The translations under genes and the position numbers were made by a program. DNA of 32,600 bases from an uncultured Candidatus Saccharibacteria bacterium (lineage in GTDB: Bacteria; Patescibacteriota; WWE3; UBA101185; UBA10185): assembly GCA_964480825.1 (NCBI GenBank), contig CAYZRJ010000001.1:55154-87753 (forward strand), read 5' to 3'. The stretch's first letter is position 1. Every line of letters starts with the position of its first letter. The notes beneath the pieces were generated by a model. It saw only the letters and a program-made list of their open reading frames with translations. It was not told where the DNA came from and ran no database searches. Below are positions 9,724 through 18,749 of the stretch, in pieces.

Positions 9724-9754
9724 TAGACGGTACTCCGTCGGACGCTTAGCGTCA
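9724..9754 (-). repeat. Stop-codon-anchored double hairpin (rplC to rplD)
   Basis: mRNA sense T-GACGC-TAA-GCGTC-C-GACGG-AGTA-CCGTC-TA, starting at the rplC TGA. Confidence 0.8.
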
Positions 9755-10192
9755 TTCAACAACCTTTATCTTTAAAGCAGAGTTTCTGCTTCCCGGAACC
9801 GGTCCGGAAACCAATAGCTCTTTTTTTTCGGTATTAACACCGACTATTTTTAAACCCTTTATTGTTACCGTATCATTGCCGTGTCGTCCTGCCATTTTTT
9901 TACCCTTAAAAACTCTTCCGGGAGTTTGACCTCCGACAGCACCCGCCGAACGTGGTTTTGTAGACTGACCTCGTGTTGCCATTTCTCCGTGAAAACCCCA
10001 TTTTTTCATGGCACCGGTCCAACCTTTACCTTTGGACGTTCCGGTTACTACAACATCTTTATTGGATAAATTTTCGGCAATATCAGATGAGCACAGAACT
10101 TTGGTAACTGTAATAACAGCTCCAGTATCGCTAAAAATTTGCGACATCTCCTGTTTTATTCCTTTTATTAATATTTTTTCTTTCTGTTCCAT
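9752..10192 (-). CDS. rplC: 50S ribosomal protein uL3, internally shortened (146 aa)
   Basis: GIKQEMSQIF, VTGTSKGKG, QTPGRVFKGKKMAG, GPVPG; start reassigned to ATG 10192. Confidence 0.95.
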   Translation of the reverse strand: MEQKEKILIKGIKQEMSQIFSDTGAVITVTKVLCSSDIAENLSNKDVVVTGTSKGKGWTGAMKKWGFHGEMATRGQSTKPRSAGAVGGQTPGRVFKGKKMAGRHGNDTVTIKGLKIVGVNTEKKELLVSGPVPGSRNSALKIKVVE

Positions 10193-10245
10193 ATTTCTAC
10201 GAGCTTGCGAGTGGAAATACTTTGGCAAAACCAAAATATATCCTC

Positions 10246-10270
10246 AAAAAAAATGCGCCCGAAGGACGCA
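10246..10270 (-). terminator. Intrinsic-terminator-like hairpin between rpsJ and rplC
   Basis: mRNA sense UGCGUCC-UUC-GGGCGCA followed by U7. Confidence 0.6.
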
Positions 10271-10314
10271 AAAAACGCACCTTAGATTGTAAAAAACTCA
10301 ATTAAGTTCCTTTT

Positions 10315-10344
10315 GGGCCGTAAACGGCTCGCGCTGAAGCGCTA
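10315..10344 (-). repeat. Double hairpin variant inside the rpsJ-rplC spacer
   Basis: mRNA sense TA-GCGC-TTCA-GCGC-GA-GCCG-TTTA-CGGC-CC; same TAGCGCT start as other copies but not at an annotated stop. Confidence 0.6.
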
Positions 10345-10402
10345 AGTTTTTTATCATTTTTTTAAACATACCCACTAACAGGGCTCTCAGACCGATAATT
10401 TA

Positions 10403-10723
10403 TCACATTTTAAGTGAAATACCAACACCTGCGGGCAAGCTCAACCTGGAAAGGCTTTCCACAGTAGAACTCGTTGGATTTAAGACTTCTATAACCCTTT
10501 TGTGGGTTCTTAATTCGAACTGCTCACGCGATCTTTTATCAATGTGTGGCCCTCTAATCACTGTGAAACGTTCGATTCTGGTCGGTAACGGAACGGGACC
10601 TACAATTTTGGCACCTGTTCTTATTGCAGTATCAATAATTTTAGAACAACTTATGTCTATAATTCTACTGTCATATGATTTGAGCTTTATTCTTATTTTT
10701 GCCTCTTTTTGTACTTTCGCCAT
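10403..10723 (-). CDS. rpsJ: 30S ribosomal protein uS10 (NusE)
   Basis: [28 protein letters not shown]. Confidence 0.99.
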   Translation of the reverse strand: MAKVQKEAKIRIKLKSYDSRIIDISCSKIIDTAIRTGAKIVGPVPLPTRIERFTVIRGPHIDKRSREQFELRTHKRVIEVLNPTSSTVESLSRLSLPAGVGISLKM

Positions 10724-10731
10724 ATACCGCC

Positions 10732-10759
10732 AAAAAAGCCCCGCGTTGTAGCGCGGGGC
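10732..10759 (-). terminator. Intrinsic terminator after tuf
   Basis: 8-bp GC stem GCCCCGCG/CGCGGGGC followed by U6 in mRNA sense. Confidence 0.75.
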
Positions 10760-10774
10760 CTTTGAGTTTCAACT

Positions 10775-11956
10775 TTATGCAGATACCTTTGTGATAACAC
10801 CTGCTCCGACCGTGTGTCCGCCTTCTCGAATAGCGAAACGCAATCCTTCTTCTAAGGCGACCGGAGTAATCAACTTAACCTTGATGGTAACATTGTCACC
10901 CGGCATAACCATCTCCACACCTTCGGGAAGAGTGATTTCACCTGTAACATCAGTGGTTCTAATGTAAAACTGTGGTCTATAACCGCTAAAGAACGCCTTG
11001 TGTCTTCCGCCCTCTTCTTTGGATAAGACAACGATCTCTGCATCAAAGGATGATAGTGGTTTTACTGAACCCGGTTTTGCCAAGACTTGTCCTCTTTCCA
11101 CCCCTTCTCTATCAATACCTCGAATAAGTATTCCTACATTATCTCCGGCCTGACCTTCTTGCATTGATTTCTTGAACATTTCAACGCCTGTAACAACTGT
11201 CTTAACCGTGTCTCTGATACCAACGATTTCTATTTCTTCGTTGAGTTTTACTTTACCTCTTTCAATTCTTCCGGTTACAACTGTTCCGCGGCCGGAAATT
11301 GAGAAGACGTCTTCAACAGGCATTAAAAATGGTTTGTCCAAATCTCTTACCGGTACAGGAATGTATTCGTCAACCGTGTCCATTAATTTAACAATGGCTT
11401 CGATAGCTTTTTCGTCGCCTTCGATTGCTTTCATTGCCGATCCTCTGATTATAGGGGTTTTGTCTCCGGGAAATCCGTACTTAGTTAAAAGTTCTCGAAC
11501 TTCAAGTTCGACAAGTTCCAAAATTTCCTCATCCTGTACCATATCGCATTTATTTAAGAATACGACTATAGAAGGTACGTTTACTTGTTTGGCTAACAGT
11601 ATGTGTTCTCTTGTTTGAGGCATCGGGCCGTCCGGTGCGGAAACAACTAAAATAGCGCCGTCCATTTGTGCGGCACCGGTGATCATATTTTTAATATAAT
11701 CGGCGTGTCCCGGAGCGTCAATATGGGCGTAGTGCCTTTTTGCTGTCTCATACTCAACGTGAGTAATGTTAATTGTAATACCTCTGGTTCTCTCTTCCGG
11801 AGCTTTGTCTATGTTTTCAAAAGCAACGTAGGTGGCTGTTCCTTTGGAAGCCAAAACTTTTGTAATTGCCGATGTTAACGTTGTCTTACCGTGGTCTACA
11901 TGACCAATAGTTCCGATGTTAATATGCGGCTTATTTCTAACGAATTCAGCTGTCAT
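10775..11956 (-). CDS. tuf: Elongation factor Tu
   Basis: [23 protein letters not shown]; start reassigned to ATG 11956 (MTAEFVRNK). Confidence 0.99.
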   Translation of the reverse strand: MTAEFVRNKPHINIGTIGHVDHGKTTLTSAITKVLASKGTATYVAFENIDKAPEERTRGITINITHVEYETAKRHYAHIDAPGHADYIKNMITGAAQMDGAILVVSAPDGPMPQTREHILLAKQVNVPSIVVFLNKCDMVQDEEILELVELEVRELLTKYGFPGDKTPIIRGSAMKAIEGDEKAIEAIVKLMDTVDEYIPVPVRDLDKPFLMPVEDVFSISGRGTVVTGRIERGKVKLNEEIEIVGIRDTVKTVVTGVEMFKKSMQEGQAGDNVGILIRGIDREGVERGQVLAKPGSVKPLSSFDAEIVVLSKEEGGRHKAFFSGYRPQFYIRTTDVTGEITLPEGVEMVMPGDNVTIKVKLITPVALEEGLRFAIREGGHTVGAGVITKVSA

Positions 11957-12057
11957 AATATTGTACTTTCTTGCGAAAAATATATACACTAAATGCAAAT
12001 GATAGTTAATCAAATTAAAGTGCAAAAATCAAGGGTTTTTCCCTTTAGAACAGGAAG

Positions 12058-14139
12058 CTATCTTGCCGCGGCACTTTTTATTTGTTCAGCCACACTCGTT
12101 GGAACCTCCTCGTAATGGCTTGGTTCCATAGTAAAACTGGCTCTTCCTTGGGTCATACCTCTTATTTCAGTAGCATAACCGAACATTTCTGCTAGTGGTA
12201 CTTTGGCCTTAACAACACGGGCATTTCCTCTTTGGGTCGTTTGCTCAATCTTTCCTCTTTTACTTGATAAATTACCGATAACATCGCCCATAAATTCTTC
12301 GGAAACAATAACCTCGACATCCATGATAGGTTCTAACAAAAATGTGTCTGCAACACGCTGGGCGATTCTCATACCGTCAATAGTAGCCATCTTAAACGCC
12401 ATTTCACTTGAGTCAACTTCGTGATAAGAACCGTCATAAAGTGTTACTGCGATATCTACCAAAGGATAACCGGCGATAATACCGCATTCGACAGCTTCTT
12501 TGACACCTTTTTCAACTGCAGGTATATACTCTCTTGGAATTTTGCCTCCGACGACTTTATCTATGAATTCAACGCCTTTACCGCGCTCTAAAGGTTCGAT
12601 CTTAAAGATAACGTGACCATATTGTCCGCGACCGCCGGATTGTCTGATGTGCTTTCCTTCTATCATATCTACTTTTTTACGAATTGTTTCTCTGTACGCA
12701 ACTTGTGGTTTACCTGTATTAACTTCGACATTAAACTCTCTTTTCATACGGTCAACGATAATTTCCAAATGTAGTTCTCCCATTCCGTATAAAACCGATT
12801 GGGAAGTCTCTTCGTTGGTTTTCATTCTCAAAGTTGGATCTTCCTCTAAGAACTTTTTGATTGCATCTGACATTTTATCTCGGTCAGCTTTAGTTTTGGG
12901 CTCTAAAACTATTCCGATGACGGGATCTGCAAAAGTAATTGATTCTAATAATATCGGATTTTCTTCTGTGCAAAGCGTATCTCCGGTTTTTGCATCCAGA
13001 CCCACTGCCGCTCCGATTTCACCCGCAGAAATTTCTTTTAACTCTTCTCTGTGATTTGCGTGCATTAAAAGGATACGACCCAATCTTTCTTTAGAATCCC
13101 TTGTGGAATTAAAAACGTACGCGCCGGTCTTAATTTTTCCGGAATAAACTCTAAAATATGTTAAACGACCCACATAAGGATCGGTTTGAATTTTAAATGC
13201 TAAAGCAACAAACGGTCCGTTTGGATCCGGCGATAAGTTAAGTTCATCGCCTTCTTCGGTGTGACCTTTTACCTCGCCGACATCACTTGGAGAAGGAAGG
13301 TAATCTACAATTCCGTCGAGTAATTTTTGAACGGCTATATTTCCTAGTGCTGAGCCACAAAACACAGGGTATATTTTTGCAACAATTGCTAGTTTTCTTA
13401 TTCCGGATTTTATCTCTTCTATTGATATTTCTTGTCCTGATAAAAATTTCTCAATTAATGTGTCGTCTGATTCGGCTATTTTTTCAACCAACTTGTTTCG
13501 GTATTCTTCCATTTTTGATTTCATGTCTTCGGGAACTTCGATCTCGGTAACTTCAACACCAAGTTTTCCGGAAAATTTGTAGGCTTTTTTTTCGACTAGA
13601 TCTATTATCGAATTAAATTCGCCCTCGATACCAATTGGAAGTTGCACTACAATAGCATTTGGAGTTAATCTTTCGTGAATTGATGCAAGAGACATATAAA
13701 AATCTCCCCCGACTTTGTCCAGTTTGTTAGTAAAAAATAACAAAGGTACGTTATATTTTTCAGCTTGCCTGAAAACTGTTTCTGATTGAGGTTCTACTCC
13801 CTGAGAAGAATCCAATAAAATAACACCACCATCTAAAACTCTCAAAGAGCGCTCTACCTCCGCAGTAAAATCCACGTGTCCGGGGGTATCAATAATGTTA
13901 ATTCTGTTGTCGTGCCAAAAACAAGTTGTTGCCGCTGAGGTAATTGTAATACCGCGCTCTCTTTCTTGAGCCATCCAATCCATTTGAGTGTCACCTTCGT
14001 GAACTTCACCGATTTTGTGGGATTTTCCTGTGTAAAAAAGAATACGCTCGGTGGTAGTGGTTTTTCCTGCATCAATATGAGCAATAATGCCGATATTTCT
14101 GATTTTATTTAGGGGGTAGTGTTTGGTGTCATCAGCCAT
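12058..14139 (-). CDS. fusA: Elongation factor G
   Basis: [29 protein letters not shown]. Confidence 0.99.
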   Translation of the reverse strand: MADDTKHYPLNKIRNIGIIAHIDAGKTTTTERILFYTGKSHKIGEVHEGDTQMDWMAQERERGITITSAATTCFWHDNRINIIDTPGHVDFTAEVERSLRVLDGGVILLDSSQGVEPQSETVFRQAEKYNVPLLFFTNKLDKVGGDFYMSLASIHERLTPNAIVVQLPIGIEGEFNSIIDLVEKKAYKFSGKLGVEVTEIEVPEDMKSKMEEYRNKLVEKIAESDDTLIEKFLSGQEISIEEIKSGIRKLAIVAKIYPVFCGSALGNIAVQKLLDGIVDYLPSPSDVGEVKGHTEEGDELNLSPDPNGPFVALAFKIQTDPYVGRLTYFRVYSGKIKTGAYVFNSTRDSKERLGRILLMHANHREELKEISAGEIGAAVGLDAKTGDTLCTEENPILLESITFADPVIGIVLEPKTKADRDKMSDAIKKFLEEDPTLRMKTNEETSQSVLYGMGELHLEIIVDRMKREFNVEVNTGKPQVAYRETIRKKVDMIEGKHIRQSGGRGQYGHVIFKIEPLERGKGVEFIDKVVGGKIPREYIPAVEKGVKEAVECGIIAGYPLVDIAVTLYDGSYHEVDSSEMAFKMATIDGMRIAQRVADTFLLEPIMDVEVIVSEEFMGDVIGNLSSKRGKIEQTTQRGNARVVKAKVPLAEMFGYATEIRGMTQGRASFTMEPSHYEEVPTSVAEQIKSAAAR

Positions 14140-14152
14140 ATGTTTCTAATAA

Positions 14153-14620
14153 TTAAAACCTGGCGAAGTGGGCAAAAGCTCTGTTTGCATCAGCCATTCT
14201 ATGAGTGTCTTCTTTCTTTTTAATTGCATCTCCTGATCCATCAACTGCGTTTCTAAGTTCTTCAAAAAGTCTGTCAACCATCGGTTTACCGCTTTTTCTG
14301 CGAGCTGAATCTACTATCCACCTCATTGCTAATGCTTCGGCTCTATCGTGTTTTAACGGCATAGGTACTTGGTATGTGGCACCACCTACTCTTCGCGAAC
14401 GAACTTCTTGTGAAGGCGTAACATTTTTCATAGCTTGTTCAAACATTTTTAATGCTTCTTTTGAATCTTCGTTTAGTTTTGCCATTGAATCGTAAACTAT
14501 TTTTCGCGCTAAAGATTTTTTACCGTCATACATTATTGTATGAATAAACCGTTCGACAGCTCTCGATTTATAAACCGGATCAGCTTCTATTATTCTTTTT
14601 TTTGCTTTTTTAGTACGCAT
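14153..14620 (-). CDS. rpsG: 30S ribosomal protein uS7
   Basis: SRRVGGATYQVP, MADANRAFAH. Confidence 0.99.
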   Translation of the reverse strand: MRTKKAKKRIIEADPVYKSRAVERFIHTIMYDGKKSLARKIVYDSMAKLNEDSKEALKMFEQAMKNVTPSQEVRSRRVGGATYQVPMPLKHDRAEALAMRWIVDSARRKSGKPMVDRLFEELRNAVDGSGDAIKKKEDTHRMADANRAFAHFARF

Positions 14621-14623
14621 ATG

Positions 14624-14653
14624 TAGTCCTTTGGGACTAGCGCGTTAGCGCTA
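14624..14653 (-). repeat. Stop-codon-anchored double hairpin (rpsL to rpsG)
   Basis: mRNA sense TAGCGC-TAAC-GCGCTA-GTCC-CAAA-GGAC-TA, starting at the rpsL TAG. Confidence 0.8.
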
Positions 14654-15073
14654 AACTTTAGCTTTCTTTGGTCTTTTTGTACCGTAAATTGATCTCGAAG
14701 TTTTTCTATTTGTCACACCGGCTAAATCTGATACACCCCTTACAATTGTAAATTTAATACCCGGAAGGTCCTGAATCTTACCTCCTTTTACAACTACTAC
14801 CGAGTGCTCTTGCAAATTGTGACCTTCACCCGGAATGTAAGCCGTAACTTCACGTCTATTGGAAAGTCTAACTCTTGCAACTTTTCTTAAGGCAGAGTTT
14901 GGTTTTCTGGGTGTTTGAGTCTTAACCTGCAAAACTACCGCACGTTTAAAGGGACTTGGAAATTTAACTACTCGTCTTTTAATACTGTTAAATGATTCCT
15001 TTAGTCCAGGAGTTTTTTCTTTTTGATTCTTAGGTTTTCTTCCTCGTCTAACGAGTTGATTTATTGTCGGCAT
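14651..15073 (-). CDS. rpsL: 30S ribosomal protein uS12
   Basis: MPTINQLVR start at 15073; [25 protein letters not shown]; has the ~13-aa insertion also seen in Firmicutes. Confidence 0.99.
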   Translation of the reverse strand: MPTINQLVRRGRKPKNQKEKTPGLKESFNSIKRRVVKFPSPFKRAVVLQVKTQTPRKPNSALRKVARVRLSNRREVTAYIPGEGHNLQEHSVVVVKGGKIQDLPGIKFTIVRGVSDLAGVTNRKTSRSIYGTKRPKKAKV

Positions 15074-15074
15074 A

Positions 15075-18000
15075 TTAGTCCAATTTAGCTCTCTCACCTG
15101 TTGGGATCAAGCGACCTATGATAACGTTTTCTTTTAATCCTAGCAAGTTATCTACTTTTCCCGAAGCTGCTGCGTCGGTCAGTATATTGCTTGTTTGAAT
15201 AAACGAGGCAGCAGATAAAAAGCTATCTGTATTAAGAGATGCCTTAGTTATACCCAATAAAGTAAGTTTTGCTGTTGCCGGCGTGCCTCCTCCGGCGATA
15301 ACTTCCTCATTTTGTTCTTCGAAAGTTGCTTTTGTTGCGAGTTCGCCGGCCATAAAGTTTGTGTCGCCTGATTCTTCGATTCGTACGTGGTTAAACATTT
15401 GTTTTACGATAACTTCGATGTGTTTATCGTTTAAAGCAACACCTTGGGACGCGTAAACTCTTTGGACTTCTTCGATGATGTATTTCTTGGTTTCATCAAC
15501 ACCAACTGTTCTTAGCAATTCTGTTAAATCTAAATTTCCTGCTGTTAATTTATCCCCACGAGCAACCAGTTGTCCATCTTCAACAACTATTTCGGATACC
15601 GGATCAACCATATATTCAACCATCGGAGGATCTTCGTTTAAATCTAATGCTTCGACAATAACTTTTCTTTCGTCACCGTTTCTAATAACGCGTGCTCTGC
15701 CCGGAATTTCTGTCATTGTAGACATAAACTTAGGTGATCTGGCTTCAACAAGCTCTTCTACTCTTGGCAAACCCTGGGTAATGTCTTTTCCAACAATTCC
15801 TCCTGTGTGAAAGGTTCTCATTGTTAACTGAGTTCCCGGTTCACCGATTGATTGTGCCGCTTGAACACCAACCGCTGTACCCATACCGACTAAGCTTCCT
15901 GTCATAAGGTCTGTCCCGTAGCACATCGCACACATACCACGTCTGGTTTCACAGTGTAACGGCGATCTAGCATAAATATACCCGATGCCTGATTTAACTA
16001 TGTCATCGATATTTGATCTGGTTAAAATAGTATTTCTCTTGAAAAGAACTTTTTTACCTTCCTTGACGTCTACTGCTAAAACTCTACCGGTAATTCGGTC
16101 AGCAAAGCTCTGTAAAATTGTACCTTCGCCAACTTTTAATTTTCTACCCTTTTCGGTGTTACAGTCGTGCTCTCTTATTAAAACGTCTTGAGAAACATCA
16201 ACGAGTCTTCGGGTCAGATAACCTGCATCTGCAGTCTTTAGACCTTTGTCAACCAAACCTTTTCTTGCACCACGGGCGCCGACAAAATACTCAAGCGCGG
16301 AAAGTCCGTATTTAAAGTTTCCGATGATAGGCATTTCTACTACTTTACCTGTTGGATCCGAAACCATACCTTTCATACCTGCTATCTGTCGTACTTGATC
16401 CCTTGAGGCTCTTGTAGAACCCGATTTTACCAGTATTTTTACCGGGTTCGTGTCGTCAAGATTATTCCATATTGCGTTATCAACTTGAGTAATAACGCCA
16501 TCCCAAGCTTCAGTGGTTAGTCTTCGCGCTTCTGTTCTGGTAATCAAACCTCTTTTGTAGTTTTTATCTATTTCAGCAACCATCGCTTTACCCTCTGTAA
16601 TAAGTCCTGTGCGCGAAGCCGGAACTTGGATATCAGCAAGCGACACTGACTGACCCGCAATTGTTCCATATCTAAGACCCATGTCTTTAATATCGTCAAT
16701 TAGTTTTACAACAACCTCGTGTTCTTCGCTGTCGAACGCGTTTTGTAAAAGAGCCACAACTTTCTTTTTATCCATCGTGTCATTTATGTACCCGAACGAG
16801 GCCGGAACTACTTCGTTAAAGTAAACTCTTCCTGCGGTTGTCTCTATAATTTCACCGTTTAATTGGATTTTCATTTTTTGGCGTAAATTCAGCTCTTTAT
16901 TTGCATCCAAAGCGTAGGTCATTTCGAATTTAGATGAGAAAACTCTGTCGAACACAGGTAGTTTGTCATCAATTGAGGTTACAAAATAGACGCCAAACAA
17001 CATGATCTTTGACGGAACCGACATTGGTGAACCGTTTGACGGGTTTAATAAATTGTTTGTCGAGATTAATACGGTGCGCGCCTCTTCTTTGGCTTTTTCG
17101 CCCAACGGCACGTGCACTGCCATTTGGTCACCGTCAAAATCTGCATTGTAGCCGGAGCATACGCACAGATGTAAACGAATAGCATTGCCCTCGATCAATT
17201 TTGGATAAAATGCCTGTATACCAAGTCTCCAAAGTGTAGGTGCTCGATTTAGTAAGACCGGATGTCCCACTACGACTTCGCCTAAAATATCCCAAACTTC
17301 CGAGCTTCTTTGATCAACAAAAAATTTGGCGCTTTTAACATTTGGGGCAAAACCTCTTGCTAATATTTCTCTTAAAACTATTGGCTTAAATAATTCAAGA
17401 GCCATTTCTTTTGGCAAACCACATTCGTTTAATTTAAGGTTAGGTCCGTTGATAATAACTGCCCGCCCCGAATAGTCGACTCTTTTACCGAGTAAATTCA
17501 AACGGAATATACCCTGTTTACCTTTGATCATGTCGGCAAGCGATCTTAGTTCTTTTTTACCTCTTGTTACTCTTGTTTTTTGTCTCTGTTTAGACGAATC
17601 AAACAACGCGTCTACGGCTTCCTGCAACATTCTTTTTTCATTTCGTACAATAATTTCCGGCGCGCCAAGATCCAAAAGTCTTTTCAAACGATTATTTCTG
17701 TTTATTAACCTTCGATATAAATCATTTAAATCAGAACTTGCGAAACGCCCGCCCTCGAGTTGTACCATCGGTCTTAAATCAGGAGGAATAACGGGTATGA
17801 CATCTAAAACCATTCTTTCTGGATCAACGCCCGAACGTCTATACTGCTCAACAACCCGCAGTCTTTTCGAAATTTTTGCAGCTTTTTGTCCTTTTGCTCT
17901 TGCTAGATCTTCTCTTAATTTGCTCGAAAGGGTATTTAATTCCATATCAGCGAGTATGTTTTGCAAGGCTTCGGCGCCGATTTCCAATGTACAGAATCTG

Positions 18001-18749
18001 TCTAAGTATGTAGCTAATGCCATGTACTCGTTGTCAGAGATTACAGAAAAAAGTTCAACGCTTTCAATCTTTTTTTGCATTAACTTGTGTTCTTTTTCTT
18101 GTTCGTCGATTTTTTTATCAGATTGATTTCTAACAGTTTGAATTTTTTGCTTTATTTTTAGTTCTTGTTCCTGAGCTCTCAGTTCATCTTTTTCTTTTCC
18201 GGCTTTTGTTAAATCTTTATCAAGTTCTTTTGTAGCAACGTCGAATTCTTTTTCGATTGCGGATTTTACTTTTTCTAAATCTTTTTCGATTTGTGAAATA
18301 GCTTCAGCTTTTTTCTTACCGTCCATTGCGGTAACGATAAACGAAGCAAAGTAGATCACCGATTCTACGTTTCTTGGAGTTAGATCCAAAAGTAAAGCCA
18401 TCTTTGATGGAATACCTTTAAAAAACCACACGTGAGCAACAGGGGAAGCAAGTTTGATGTGACCCATTCTTTCGCGTCTTACTCTTGAGTGAACAACCTC
18501 AACCCCGCATTTGTCGCAGATAACACCTTTGTATCTTATTCCACGGTATTTACCGCAATAACATTCAAAATTCTTAACCGGTCCGAAGATTCTTTCGTCA
18601 AACAAACCTTCTCTCTCGGGTTTAAAGGTGCGGTAATTTATTGTTTCCGGTTTTACTACCTCTCCATGAGACCACTGAAGTATCTCGGCCGTTGAAGCTA
18701 AGTAAATTCTTATTGCATCAAAATGTTTTAATTGGTTTAAATCTTTCAT
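15075..18749 (-). CDS. rpoC: RNA polymerase beta' subunit
   Basis: Zn-finger [41 protein letters not shown]. Confidence 0.99.
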   Translation of the reverse strand: MKDLNQLKHFDAIRIYLASTAEILQWSHGEVVKPETINYRTFKPEREGLFDERIFGPVKNFECYCGKYRGIRYKGVICDKCGVEVVHSRVRRERMGHIKLASPVAHVWFFKGIPSKMALLLDLTPRNVESVIYFASFIVTAMDGKKKAEAISQIEKDLEKVKSAIEKEFDVATKELDKDLTKAGKEKDELRAQEQELKIKQKIQTVRNQSDKKIDEQEKEHKLMQKKIESVELFSVISDNEYMALATYLDRFCTLEIGAEALQNILADMELNTLSSKLREDLARAKGQKAAKISKRLRVVEQYRRSGVDPERMVLDVIPVIPPDLRPMVQLEGGRFASSDLNDLYRRLINRNNRLKRLLDLGAPEIIVRNEKRMLQEAVDALFDSSKQRQKTRVTRGKKELRSLADMIKGKQGIFRLNLLGKRVDYSGRAVIINGPNLKLNECGLPKEMALELFKPIVLREILARGFAPNVKSAKFFVDQRSSEVWDILGEVVVGHPVLLNRAPTLWRLGIQAFYPKLIEGNAIRLHLCVCSGYNADFDGDQMAVHVPLGEKAKEEARTVLISTNNLLNPSNGSPMSVPSKIMLFGVYFVTSIDDKLPVFDRVFSSKFEMTYALDANKELNLRQKMKIQLNGEIIETTAGRVYFNEVVPASFGYINDTMDKKKVVALLQNAFDSEEHEVVVKLIDDIKDMGLRYGTIAGQSVSLADIQVPASRTGLITEGKAMVAEIDKNYKRGLITRTEARRLTTEAWDGVITQVDNAIWNNLDDTNPVKILVKSGSTRASRDQVRQIAGMKGMVSDPTGKVVEMPIIGNFKYGLSALEYFVGARGARKGLVDKGLKTADAGYLTRRLVDVSQDVLIREHDCNTEKGRKLKVGEGTILQSFADRITGRVLAVDVKEGKKVLFKRNTILTRSNIDDIVKSGIGYIYARSPLHCETRRGMCAMCYGTDLMTGSLVGMGTAVGVQAAQSIGEPGTQLTMRTFHTGGIVGKDITQGLPRVEELVEARSPKFMSTMTEIPGRARVIRNGDERKVIVEALDLNEDPPMVEYMVDPVSEIVVEDGQLVARGDKLTAGNLDLTELLRTVGVDETKKYIIEEVQRVYASQGVALNDKHIEVIVKQMFNHVRIEESGDTNFMAGELATKATFEEQNEEVIAGGGTPATAKLTLLGITKASLNTDSFLSAASFIQTSNILTDAAASGKVDNLLGLKENVIIGRLIPTGERAKLD

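Noticed and set aside
10193-10402. Spacer considered as a tRNA, a split uL3 fragment or a pseudogene
   Set aside because: No cloverleaf or T-loop is visible, and I saw no resemblance to the missing uL3 segment; the uL3 gap is internal and in frame.
11957-12057. Possible internal tuf promoter and an AAGGG/CCCTT hairpin in the fusA-tuf spacer
   Set aside because: Candidate -35/-10 pairs have only 15-16 nt spacing and the stem is 5 bp; plausible but not supportable.
7674-14653. Short palindromic repeats considered as CRISPR repeats
   Set aside because: Copies are kilobases apart, separated by genes, not identical, and no cas genes are present.
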